Below are positions 29,533 to 39,064 of a stretch of 64,000 nt of DNA, piece by piece. The stretch spans positions 608,001 through 672,000 of the forward strand of contig OZ244239.1 of the NCBI GenBank assembly GCA_965217115.1, read 5' to 3'. Both the position numbers and the translations under genes were made by a program. This DNA comes from Bdellovibrionales bacterium (GTDB lineage: Bacteria; Bdellovibrionota; Bdellovibrionia; Bdellovibrionales; CAYMLA01). The notes under the pieces are model-generated. The model was not told the origin of the DNA and did not search any database. It saw only the letters and a list, made by a program, of their open reading frames with translations. Position 1 is the first letter of the stretch; each line of letters begins with the position of its first letter.

Positions 29533-30771
29533 CTAAGAGATAATAACTTTATTTAAACAAGTCAATCCATCTACCTGGTAAATTAACTTTTGCAATCGTA
29601 ACTGATTATAAAGACTCTCATACGCTTGTATATCTGTTTGGTATAGCATAATCAAGCGTCTAATTAAGAAGCAAATAGTATGTAAATTTCTTACAAAAGT
29701 TAGGTTTGTTGTGTCTGAAGAACACGAAAATTTTTTCTTTTCAACTCTCCACTCACCATAATGCTCTGTCAAATATAAATCAGCCTCACTTGGCCCAAAA
29801 ACTTCTTGTTTCCCAATACTATAACTTTTTAATTCAAAAGAAGTGTTCACCCAGTGCATAGAGCCCGAGCCGTGCCAACACTCGCCATTTCGGTTCTTAT
29901 GGAAAAATACATCTAAATTTATGCCATTTTTATGAATAAGCTTAAGCAAGGAGGGTTCTTTATTTAAATACAACTTTCCTTTAGGACTCTTTTGAATTTC
30001 TGACTGCATATCAAACTTTGCAATGGAAAAAAGAGACGAATTATTTTGAATTTTCACTAGAAACTGGTCTAAATCTAATCCATCCAAATGCACTCCGACA
30101 TCAATATCGACATCGTGTTTTAAGAAAAAACCTTCTCGAACTGCTCCAAGGAAAGTTCCTCCTGTCACAAACCAATTCCAGTCCTCTTTAGGAACTACTT
30201 TTTGAAAATCACTTAAGGTCTCTGGGGCTTTATGTATAAATTCATTTCCTTCCTCAGCTTCACTTTCTAAACTTTTCCTTGAATTTTGAGATTGAGGCTT
30301 GTTCAAGAGTTTCAATAAATGATTTATTTTTCTATTGTACTCTTTCTGGTATTTTTTAAATAACTCAATATCTTCATTCTCTAATGACCTATGAGCAGAT
30401 TCGGCTAAAATAGATGCTTGATAACCATAATAAAGAGCATTTGCACCGTTATCCTGAATATCAGGCTTTTTTAAAAAATGAGATTGCTTCTTCAATAATT
30501 TATCAGAAGAGAGATGGGTAAAGTCAAAGAATGGGTCAAAAGAAATATCATATTTCGTCCAGCCATTTCTAATATACCAGCCCGCTAAACGACCTGCATC
30601 TTTGAACTCATCCTTTCTAAAGATATTAAAAACATGCTTGGCAAAACTTAGCTTCAAGGTTGCAAGAGCAACAATTATAAAAGATGATATAGAAAAAAAG
30701 AAGCATACAGGCAAGGCGTGTTTCTGATTTAAAAAACGGATAATTCTAAAAGATCTCGGTATCTTAAACAT
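29533..30771 (-). CDS. LicD/fukutin-family phosphotransferase
   Basis: GGTFLGAVRE...HDVDIDVG, LDVFFH, YLTEHYGEW. Confidence 0.82.
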   Translation of the reverse strand: MFKIPRSFRIIRFLNQKHALPVCFFFSISSFIIVALATLKLSFAKHVFNIFRKDEFKDAGRLAGWYIRNGWTKYDISFDPFFDFTHLSSDKLLKKQSHFLKKPDIQDNGANALYYGYQASILAESAHRSLENEDIELFKKYQKEYNRKINHLLKLLNKPQSQNSRKSLESEAEEGNEFIHKAPETLSDFQKVVPKEDWNWFVTGGTFLGAVREGFFLKHDVDIDVGVHLDGLDLDQFLVKIQNNSSLFSIAKFDMQSEIQKSPKGKLYLNKEPSLLKLIHKNGINLDVFFHKNRNGECWHGSGSMHWVNTSFELKSYSIGKQEVFGPSEADLYLTEHYGEWRVEKKKFSCSSDTTNLTFVRNLHTICFLIRRLIMLYQTDIQAYESLYNQLRLQKLIYQVDGLTCLNKVIIS

Positions 30772-30833
30772 ATACAGGCATTATACAAGACAGGGGACAA
30801 ATAGCAATCATCTTATTTTGAAAACATCAATAA

Positions 30834-31520
30834 TTACAGCTTATTGTAGGCCTCCACCGCATCATCTATTCCTCCATAAAAACAAGATATCCCGTTATTA
30901 ATTACCAGCCCTTTTTCACATAGCTCTTTCAGAGTGTCTTGATTATGAGAGACAATCACTGCAGTAGATTTATTAATTTTACTTTTTATGGTTTTAAAAG
31001 ATTTCTCTTTAAAAGCCCTATCACCTACACCTAAAACTTCATCTATTAAGATAATATCTGGCTCTATCGCATTGGAAATAGCAAACCCTAAGCGAGCCCT
31101 CATGCCAGAAGAATACGTGCCCACTGGATAATCGATAAAATCTTCTAATTCAGAATACTCAATTACCTCGTCCATTTTTTTGAGAGCTTCTACCTTAGAC
31201 AAGCCAAGTAACATTCCAACAAGAATAACATTTTTACGCCCCGATAGATGATTCAAAAATCCTGCTTGTAGGGAAAGAAGAAATGAAGGACCAAAATTAT
31301 TAGTCATAGTGCCTTTATCATTTTCAATAATACCAGCGATCAAAGACAACACTGTACTTTTGCCTGCTCCATTCTTACCCAAAATACCTAAAGTTTGATG
31401 CCTATTTAATATAAAATTCACATCTTTGAGTGCCCAGAATTCACTAACTCCGTAATTAATTCCTTTTTTTTTACGATGCTGAAATTTAACACCAACATTC
31501 TTAAATTCTAACCGAGACAT
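30834..31520 (-). CDS. Polysaccharide ABC exporter ATPase (Wzt/TagH/KpsT type) without C-terminal CBM
   Basis: FWALKDV, GKNGAGKST, YSSGMRARLGF, IDEVLGVGD, VSH; only 228 aa. Confidence 0.93.
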   Translation of the reverse strand: MSRLEFKNVGVKFQHRKKKGINYGVSEFWALKDVNFILNRHQTLGILGKNGAGKSTVLSLIAGIIENDKGTMTNNFGPSFLLSLQAGFLNHLSGRKNVILVGMLLGLSKVEALKKMDEVIEYSELEDFIDYPVGTYSSGMRARLGFAISNAIEPDIILIDEVLGVGDRAFKEKSFKTIKSKINKSTAVIVSHNQDTLKELCEKGLVINNGISCFYGGIDDAVEAYNKL

Positions 31521-31529
31521 AAATAACCT

Positions 31530-32288
31530 CTAAATAACAATTTTTGCATATCTTTTTCCATTTTTCTTTAATATCCAATATCCCAAAATATAAAGAAAAA
31601 TGCCCAGGGCACTTAGTATACTTAAACTAAAAAATTCAGGAGAGCTCTTGTACATTAAAATATTCCTAAAACTCTGTATAGAACCAACAATTGGGTTAAG
31701 TTTAATAAAAAACTGTAGGTCACTTGGCAAGTCATAGACATTGAATAAAACACCCGAAGGATAAAATAATAACCTGAGAAAATGTGGCAAAAACAACTTT
31801 AAATCAGGTATTAAAGGGAATATAGATGAAAGAAATAAACCAAACCCAGCTATAAATATAAACATGGATATTAAAGGTAGAAAAATTAAAGTATGGTAAA
31901 TTGTAATTCCATAAGAGAAACTAAAACACACAAATACAAAAATGAAAATAGTCATGAACTTCACAAAAACAGCTAACGTCTCTGATAGTGGGAATACTAT
32001 TTTATGTATATTTACTTTTTTTATAAGGCTCGCTTTTGATAGGATAGAATTGGCTGATTTTGTAACAGAGATATTAAGCCATCTCCATACGATAACACCA
32101 ATAATTAAAAATTGAATATAATCAGCCCCTCCTCTATTTAAAATGACTTTAAATAAAAGAAAATATATACAAATATTTAAAGCTGGCTCAATCACCCACC
32201 ATAAATAGCCTAAATATGATTTTTGAGATTCTTCCTCTAACTTAAAGCTCGTGTAAATTAAAAGAAGGTTTAGAAAATGCCCTCCCAA
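31530..32288 (-). CDS. Polysaccharide ABC exporter permease (Wzm/TagG/KpsM type)
   Basis: SYLGYLWWVIEP, about 6 TMs, LNPI...FRNIL; adjacent to the ATPase. Confidence 0.9.
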   Translation of the reverse strand: MGGHFLNLLLIYTSFKLEEESQKSYLGYLWWVIEPALNICIYFLLFKVILNRGGADYIQFLIIGVIVWRWLNISVTKSANSILSKASLIKKVNIHKIVFPLSETLAVFVKFMTIFIFVFVCFSFSYGITIYHTLIFLPLISMFIFIAGFGLFLSSIFPLIPDLKLFLPHFLRLLFYPSGVLFNVYDLPSDLQFFIKLNPIVGSIQSFRNILMYKSSPEFFSLSILSALGIFLYILGYWILKKNGKRYAKIVI

Positions 32289-32389
32289 TACTCCTACCCT
32301 CTCTTCGTCTTTTAGTTCTAAATAATTTCTATAGTATGGCTTTATCGAGTTCTCTTCCGAGAGTCAAACTCCACTTTACTTACCTTCTT

Positions 32390-32530
32390 TCATTTTTTAT
32401 TCTCCATGGATTCATATTTCTGATTCCAGTTAGAATGTGTCACATTCGTTAGAGGGAGCCCTACATACCCTAATCCCACGATTCCGATTTTTGCTGACTT
32501 GTTCTCTAATTTTTCAATCAATTCTTGCAT
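32390..32530 (-). pseudogene. N-terminal fragment of a UDP-sugar dehydrogenase (WbpA/WecC-like)
   Basis: MQELIEKLENKSAKIGIVGLGYVGLPL carries the family's Rossmann motif; similarity ends abruptly and a stop follows after 19 unrelated codons. Confidence 0.8.
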
Positions 32531-32572
32531 ACAAGAAACCCTGACATTCTTATTCACACAATGACGCATACT

Positions 32573-32751
32573 ACACAACGGGCGATGGGGATTCAAAGCA
32601 TTCTCTCCATAAGGTTTAATTATTTTAAACCTTTACCATGTGCTGCTCAGCGTTATTTCTAAAACACAACGGGCGATGGGGATTCAAAGCATTCTCTCCA
32701 TAAGGTTTAATTATTTTAAACCTTTACCATGTGCTGCTCAGCGTTATTTCT
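32573..32751. repeat. Exact 88-bp direct repeat (2 copies, 3-bp AAA spacer)
   Basis: 32573-32660 equals 32664-32751; each unit contains the inverted repeat AAGGTTTAA-ttatt-TTAAACCTT. Confidence 0.92.
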
Positions 32752-32934
32752 CTGCTGACACGCCCCCTTCATCCCATTTCAGCCTTCTCCTAAGCGCCTA
32801 TAAGAAAATAATAGCCTACTCAAATACTGTATTGTAGATTTCTAGCTGCAAGAACCTCTTCTGCTGTAAGTATGATAAGAGAGGAAGCTAGCTAACATCA
32901 GTTAAATTTATTCTTATAAAAGGAAAATCATCAA

Positions 32935-34362
32935 ATGATCCCTGTGATTCTATCAGGTGGAAGCGGAACCAGGCTGTGGCCTGTGTCACGGACCAATTAT
33001 CCTAAACAATTCTGCCAACTCTTTCCTGAACCTCTGATGATTCAAACCCTTAAAAGAGTTGCCTCCTTTGGACCTGCTACTGTTATCACCACCGAAGATC
33101 TCAAAGTGTTAACTGAAAAAACTCTTAAGAGCCCCACTCTCTCTGACACTGCTTGTATCTACGAACCTTTTGGCCAAAATACAGCCCCTGCCATAGCTCT
33201 TGTCTGCCAAATTCTTAGCAGACAAGGTAAAAAATCAGAAGCCGTGGGGGTTTTTCCAGCCGATCAACTCATAGAAAACAACTCTGTCTTTCAACAAGCC
33301 ATACAGCTCAGTGAACAATACGCTCAAAAAAATCAAGTTGTCACACTCGGCATCAAACCCACCCACCCTGCCACTGGCTATGGTTATATCGAAATCAAAA
33401 ATGAATCCAGCAGTAACACGACTTCTGCAGAAGACTTTGTGGAGATATCTATTCATAAAGAAAAACCTCTCAAGGCCTTCCCTATCGCTAATTTTCACGA
33501 AAAACCCGATTCAACAACTGCACAAGCCTACCTAAATAAGGAAACTTTTTTCTGGAATGCTGGTATTTTTATTTTTAAAGTCCAAACTATGATCGATCTT
33601 TTAACGAAACACGCTCCTAAGCTCTGGGCAACTATCTCACAAATTAACTCTGATCTTAGTAATATCAAAGAAATTTATAACTCTGTCGAAAGCATCAGTA
33701 TTGATCACGCTCTTATAGAGAAACTCTCCCCTGAACAACTCACCTGTATTCCAACTGATATGGGTTGGAATGATATTGGCTCCTGGGATGCCATGTCTGA
33801 TATACCCGCTAAAATAAAATCCTCTCAAACAATCCAAATTAACTCTAAAAACAATTATCTCTTCTCTGAAAAAAACAAGACCTATGCCCTTAATAACGTT
33901 TCCGAACTAATCGTTGTCGATACTAACGACGCTCTGCTTATTACTCGCAAGGGGTGCTCTCAAGAGATTAGAGAGGTTGTCAAAAAATTAAATGCCGAGG
34001 AAAATCCGCGAGTAAAAGATTTTCCCTCTGAACAAAAGCCATGGGGCCAGTATGAAATTTTAAAAGATTCAACTAAATTCAAAACTAAAGCAATCACCAT
34101 TGACCCCAAAAGTCAGATTTCCTATCAATCCCATAAACAACGGGAAGAACACTGGATCATTGTCTCAGGCTCTGGAGAAGTTGTTCTTAACGGTGAGACA
34201 ATCTCTGTTAAAAAAGGCAGTTACATCCATATTCCTCAGGAAAGCAAACATCGCATACGTAATACAGAGAACATCCCTCTTGAATTTATTGAAGTCCAAA
34301 TGGGGGAATATTTTGGTGAAGACGATATCATTCGTTATGATGACGACTACAATAGAACCTAA
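32935..34362 (+). CDS. manC: Mannose-1-phosphate guanylyltransferase / mannose-6-phosphate isomerase
   Basis: LSGGSGTRLWPVSR..PKQF, FHEKP, WNDIGSW, C-terminal cupin (KPWG, QSH..REEHW, EDDIIR). Confidence 0.93.
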   Translation: MIPVILSGGSGTRLWPVSRTNYPKQFCQLFPEPLMIQTLKRVASFGPATVITTEDLKVLTEKTLKSPTLSDTACIYEPFGQNTAPAIALVCQILSRQGKKSEAVGVFPADQLIENNSVFQQAIQLSEQYAQKNQVVTLGIKPTHPATGYGYIEIKNESSSNTTSAEDFVEISIHKEKPLKAFPIANFHEKPDSTTAQAYLNKETFFWNAGIFIFKVQTMIDLLTKHAPKLWATISQINSDLSNIKEIYNSVESISIDHALIEKLSPEQLTCIPTDMGWNDIGSWDAMSDIPAKIKSSQTIQINSKNNYLFSEKNKTYALNNVSELIVVDTNDALLITRKGCSQEIREVVKKLNAEENPRVKDFPSEQKPWGQYEILKDSTKFKTKAITIDPKSQISYQSHKQREEHWIIVSGSGEVVLNGETISVKKGSYIHIPQESKHRIRNTENIPLEFIEVQMGEYFGEDDIIRYDDDYNRT

Positions 34363-34394
34363 TATCATCATACAGCGATAAGGAATCTTTCTCT

Positions 34395-34922
34395 ATGAGC
34401 CTCGTACTTAAACAAATTTTTTCCTTTCTGAAGCTTCTCAATTCAGAAACAGGAACAACACAAATCGCCCTCGGACTATCCCTTGGAATCATCCTAGGTT
34501 TTGCTCCAACTCTTTCTCTACAAACTCTCTTCGTTTTTGGTCTTAGTTTTGTTTTCCGTATTCAATTAGGAGCTGTCTTTCTCTCAACATTTGTTTTTAA
34601 ATTTTTAGCCTATCTCGCCGATCCTCTCTGTCATGAAATTGGCCGCCTTGCCCTTGAAAATACCTCAATGCAACCTCTCTTCACAACACTCTATAATATG
34701 CCCGTAGTTCCCTTAAGTCAGTTTAATAACACCATCGTTATGGGATCTGCCATTCTCTCTATTCTTCTCTCTATTCCCATGGTTTTTATCTTTCAAAAAC
34801 TCATTCAAAAATATCGACAAAACATACTCGAACACTTTAAAAACAGCCGCTTTTACAAAATCCTTAAAACCACTTCATTTTACCGATGGTATCATAAGTA
34901 CAACGAACTCTATGGTTCATAA
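34395..34922 (+). CDS. TIGR03546-like (DUF2062-related) membrane protein
   Basis: LLNSETG..QIA, FNNTIVMGS; paired with the downstream long gene; family recalled from memory. Confidence 0.7.
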   Translation: MSLVLKQIFSFLKLLNSETGTTQIALGLSLGIILGFAPTLSLQTLFVFGLSFVFRIQLGAVFLSTFVFKFLAYLADPLCHEIGRLALENTSMQPLFTTLYNMPVVPLSQFNNTIVMGSAILSILLSIPMVFIFQKLIQKYRQNILEHFKNSRFYKILKTTSFYRWYHKYNELYGS

Positions 34923-34933
34923 AAGGCCTCGTC

Positions 34934-36889
34934 ATGACGAAAAAAATAAAAAAACCTCCTTTTAGGCTAGAGGCCCTCATTCCATTTGCTATTGTTATTT
35001 TTCTTTTTTCTATTTATTCCCATTTCTTTTTTCATTCCCATGTAAAAAATCTTATCCAATTCTCCGCAACATGGATCAACGGCGCCGAAGTTAATATTGG
35101 CAGCTTTAAATCTAGTATCTTCAATGCTAGTTTTGAATTTAAAAATATTCAAATCACAGACCCTCAGAATCCTAAACGAAATTCCATAGAGATTGAACGT
35201 ATACACTCTCAAGCCCTCTGGGATGGGCTACTTAGAGGAAAACTCATTGTTGAACTCGCCAGTGTTGAAGGAATTGCAATTAACTCTCTACGAAGAACCC
35301 AAGGAAAAACCCTTTCACAATCAGATAGATCTAGCCGCCAGAGAACCATTGAGAAAACAGAAAAAATAGCAACAACTCACATTCAAGAAGAGTTTTCCAA
35401 TAACATTCTCTCCGATATGGCCTCTATTGCAGGGGGAAATAGCTCCAAAAAACAGTTAGAACTCATTCAAGGAAATCTGCAAACTTCGAAATACATTGAA
35501 AAACTTAAAAAAGAGTTGCAAAAAAAACAACGCTCTTGGCAAGAGAGGCTTAAGACTCTACCTACTAATAAAGCTCTTAAAGAGTTACAGGTGAAATTAA
35601 AAAATATAAAAACCTCCAACTTTAAAAATGTCTTCGAACTTCAAAATTCTATAGAACGGCTAAAAACCGTCATTGATGACTCTAAGGGAAAATATAAAAC
35701 CATTTTCAGCGCAAACAAAGAGTTAAAACAAGATATCTCTTCTATTCAAAAAAAAATCAACAGTATCAACCATTTTGTTAAAAATGATATTCAATCTTTG
35801 GAGAAAAAACTTCGCATACCATCTCTTGATCCCAAAGAAATTTCTAAATCTCTTTTTCAAAAACAGTTTACCCCCTATCTACAAAAATTCGATGCTTACA
35901 TGAAGATAGCTGAAGAATACATGCCCCCTAAAAAAACAGCTGAGCAACTAAAAGAAGAACGTAAACAAAAACTCTCCCCCCATAAAAGACATCAAGGGCG
36001 TAATTATCACTTTGGCACATCCACATCATATCCCCTCGTTTGGATAAAAAAAGTTGTCATTTCATCCAAAGAGAATAAGTCTAAAAATACGGGGTCTTTA
36101 CGTGGAGAAATCCTAAATATCTCAACAAATCAATCTCAAATTAATAAACCTCTTATTGCATCCATATCTGGAGATTTCCCTCAGAAAAACATCTACGGCC
36201 TCATCTCCCATCTCACCATTGATCATCGAAGCACAGTGCCATCAGAAACTCTTGACCTCTCAGTTACCCGTTACCCAATAGAGACACGGGAAATATCCAA
36301 CACCCCAGAGGTGAAGCTTATTATAACCGAGGCCCAGGGGGGATTAAAACTCAAAGCCTTGCGCACAAACAATCTGGTAACAATGGTCATCAACAATCAT
36401 TTCTCTTCCCTTAAGTATGAAATTGATTCTAAACAGAAAGAAATTAAAAATCTTGTTACCAATGTTATGGGCAATGTTCCTAAAATCTCAATCAGCGCTT
36501 CGGCAAAAGGCTCTTTTCCACTTATGAACTGGCATATCTCTTCTAATATCGGCTACGAATTACAAAAAGGATTTGAACAGCAGATCAGAGAAAGAGTCAA
36601 AGGAGCAAAGAGAAGGATCAAAAAAGAGGTCAACGGAGTTATTTCTAAACAAAAAAATCAACTCAAAAAAAGTATGTACGATTTTAAAAATCAATATCAA
36701 AAAGAAATAAATAACTTAAAACAGGAAGTACAATCAACACGTAAGTCAGCTAATATGAAAATTTCTCGGGCTAAAAAACAGGAAGGAAAGAAAGCTAAAG
36801 ATAAAATTGAAAAAGAACTCAATAAAATTCTTAAAGATAAGGATGCTAAAAAGCTTCTTGATGATCTAAAAAAGAAGTTCAAATTCTAA
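34934..36889 (+). CDS. TIGR03545-like protein (N-terminal anchor, AsmA-like start, coiled coils)
   Basis: Single N-terminal TM, NGAEVNIG, Lys-rich coiled-coil segments and a beta-rich C-terminal half. Confidence 0.7.
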   Translation: MTKKIKKPPFRLEALIPFAIVIFLFSIYSHFFFHSHVKNLIQFSATWINGAEVNIGSFKSSIFNASFEFKNIQITDPQNPKRNSIEIERIHSQALWDGLLRGKLIVELASVEGIAINSLRRTQGKTLSQSDRSSRQRTIEKTEKIATTHIQEEFSNNILSDMASIAGGNSSKKQLELIQGNLQTSKYIEKLKKELQKKQRSWQERLKTLPTNKALKELQVKLKNIKTSNFKNVFELQNSIERLKTVIDDSKGKYKTIFSANKELKQDISSIQKKINSINHFVKNDIQSLEKKLRIPSLDPKEISKSLFQKQFTPYLQKFDAYMKIAEEYMPPKKTAEQLKEERKQKLSPHKRHQGRNYHFGTSTSYPLVWIKKVVISSKENKSKNTGSLRGEILNISTNQSQINKPLIASISGDFPQKNIYGLISHLTIDHRSTVPSETLDLSVTRYPIETREISNTPEVKLIITEAQGGLKLKALRTNNLVTMVINNHFSSLKYEIDSKQKEIKNLVTNVMGNVPKISISASAKGSFPLMNWHISSNIGYELQKGFEQQIRERVKGAKRRIKKEVNGVISKQKNQLKKSMYDFKNQYQKEINNLKQEVQSTRKSANMKISRAKKQEGKKAKDKIEKELNKILKDKDAKKLLDDLKKKFKF

Positions 36890-36890
36890 T

Positions 36891-38336
36891 TTATTTGTAA
36901 CTTCTCAAGTGCATTGCTTTATATATCTTGTAAAGACAAACTATGGTTATCACCGAAATAATCCCTGGAAAGGCCTCTGTGACTACAGGGCTTAAGCCAA
37001 ACATTCTCCATAAAACAGTGACCAATCCTCCTACAAAAACAATAAATAAACACATCGTTTCTTTTATAGAAGGAAAAAGTATTTGTAAACAAGCTGCTGT
37101 TCCTAAAGTCACTCCCAAGGTTGACCATGAGAATACCACCATATCAAAAATGCTCCCACTGGAAAAAATAGCGGTCAGTGTTGTTACAATTACTAAAATC
37201 ACTGTTAACAATTTCGTAAAATGATACCTTGATCTATTTTTCAATAAAGAGACCTTTGGCATAATACTCTGAGAAATCGCAGCTGAACAACTAATAATCT
37301 GCGAATCCACTGTTGACATTACTGATGAAAATATTCCCGCCAAAACAATCCCCACCAAAATCGCCGGCATTAGCTTTAAAGACAACAGAGGCAGTGCCAT
37401 TTCAGGATCAAATTCTCCGACTCCCACATCTTTTAAAATTAAACGACACGCTAATCCTACAAAAAATAAGAACACAAAAAGAAGATTATTTGCTAGGTAA
37501 TAATAGATTCTCATCTTCCTTAAGTTCTCGATTTTATCGAGGACCATTATTCTCACCATAACATGGGGTTGTCCCAAGATGCAAAGTCCTGAAAATACCC
37601 AACCTATAAGGAATAACAGGAACCCCCCTACTCCACCGCCTCCTGAGTTTTCAGGGAATAGAGTAAAATAATTAGAAGACACTCCTTGGAGACCTCCCAT
37701 AAACTCTTTCCATCCTCCTAAATAAATAAGCGAGTAAATCGTCAGACCCACACTCGAAGCAAGCATAACAATGGCCTGTACCGCATCAGTCCAGATAGAA
37801 GCCCTAATTCCTCCTGACCAACTATAAAACAATACAAAAAAAGCACACAGGATCGTTCCTGAAATCTCTGACCATCCCAGAACTGCCTGTAAGGCCTTAC
37901 TACTAGCCTTTAACTGGGCTGAAGCGTAAATTGATAGAAAAATCAAAATCATAACAGCCAAAAAAAATCTTAATTTTTTATAAACCCCTGAAAATCTCTG
38001 GGAGACTAGGTCTTCATAACTCAAAGAGTTGTACTGGTTATGCAACTTTTTAAGCTTTGAACTTAAAGTATAAAAAACAATGATATCTCCCGTTAATAGA
38101 CCAAACATCAACCAAGCAGCTGCTACGCCATTAAGATAAACAACTCCAATAAACCCAATAAACATATATCCACTCAGCTTTGAGGCCATCATTGATAGAG
38201 CGCTCAACGCAGGAGAGACATCTCCACTAGAAAGCAAATAATCTTTCGAAGATTTCTGGCTTTTACGACTAGCTAAAAAACCCACCCCTACAAATATAAG
38301 CATAAAGAAAATGAAACTATATAAAATCATATGCAC
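36891..38336 (-). CDS. Sodium:solute symporter (PutP-like)
   Basis: SGYMFIG, GGIRASIWTDAVQ, GQPHVMVR, MSTVDSQ. Confidence 0.88.
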   Translation of the reverse strand: MHMILYSFIFFMLIFVGVGFLASRKSQKSSKDYLLSSGDVSPALSALSMMASKLSGYMFIGFIGVVYLNGVAAAWLMFGLLTGDIIVFYTLSSKLKKLHNQYNSLSYEDLVSQRFSGVYKKLRFFLAVMILIFLSIYASAQLKASSKALQAVLGWSEISGTILCAFFVLFYSWSGGIRASIWTDAVQAIVMLASSVGLTIYSLIYLGGWKEFMGGLQGVSSNYFTLFPENSGGGGVGGFLLFLIGWVFSGLCILGQPHVMVRIMVLDKIENLRKMRIYYYLANNLLFVFLFFVGLACRLILKDVGVGEFDPEMALPLLSLKLMPAILVGIVLAGIFSSVMSTVDSQIISCSAAISQSIMPKVSLLKNRSRYHFTKLLTVILVIVTTLTAIFSSGSIFDMVVFSWSTLGVTLGTAACLQILFPSIKETMCLFIVFVGGLVTVLWRMFGLSPVVTEAFPGIISVITIVCLYKIYKAMHLRSYK

Positions 38337-38346
38337 CCTTCTATAA

Positions 38347-38916
38347 TTATTCAGTTTCTAATAAATATTTAAAAAACGTTAGGGTCTCTTTATTATACCA
38401 GTTCGTTAAACCTATCACTTTCCTTACAAGTTTCAAGTCCTTCCCTATGATAAATGTTTCAGGCAATCTATTCACTTCGTACTTTTTGGCCACTCTTTTT
38501 TTATGATCCCACAATACTGTTAAATAGGGACTCTTAGACTCTTCTCTAAAAACCTTTAAGAAATCTCTTATCTCCTTCTCGACAGAATCGTTCGACACAG
38601 CCAACATCACAACTTCCCCCGAGAAATGATTAATTAACTTAATCATCGAGGGGAACTCTTCTACACAAGGGTTACACCAAGAAGCCCAGAAATTTAAAAT
38701 AATGACTTTTCCCTTAAAATCAGATAAGGAAAAAACAGAACCATCTAGATCATGCAGCTCAAAATCATCAACTCCCCTCTCTTCCATTTGATCTAGCTTT
38801 TGATGTCGACTGCCTGACTCTAAGACTCTACGTCCTCCAAACTGTAACCATACGAGAACGAGCAATGCTCCTGCTGTAAAAGCGACCAAGAATGCTCGTA
38901 GATAAACCTTTCCCAT
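38347..38916 (-). CDS. Membrane-anchored TlpA/ResA thioredoxin-like protein
   Basis: N-terminal TM, LNFWASWCNPC, LPETF. Confidence 0.9.
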   Translation of the reverse strand: MGKVYLRAFLVAFTAGALLVLVWLQFGGRRVLESGSRHQKLDQMEERGVDDFELHDLDGSVFSLSDFKGKVIILNFWASWCNPCVEEFPSMIKLINHFSGEVVMLAVSNDSVEKEIRDFLKVFREESKSPYLTVLWDHKKRVAKKYEVNRLPETFIIGKDLKLVRKVIGLTNWYNKETLTFFKYLLETE

Positions 38917-39064
38917 CCTTTATCACTCCCCCAAAAAAAATAGACAACAAGAACTTGAAGATACAAACAGGCGGGAAAGTCGAAGGCCTTGCCATCACCA
39001 GTGGCAGCTACACCGACAAACCCACTCAGATTTAGTTAATATTTCCTTGAATACACTCTGATGC

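Noticed and set aside
32573..32751. Possible CRISPR array
   Set aside because: Only two 88-bp units with a 3-bp spacer, and no cas genes in the window
32640..32837. 65-aa ORF in the repeat region
   Set aside because: It arises from the duplicated non-coding unit and has no RBS or motif
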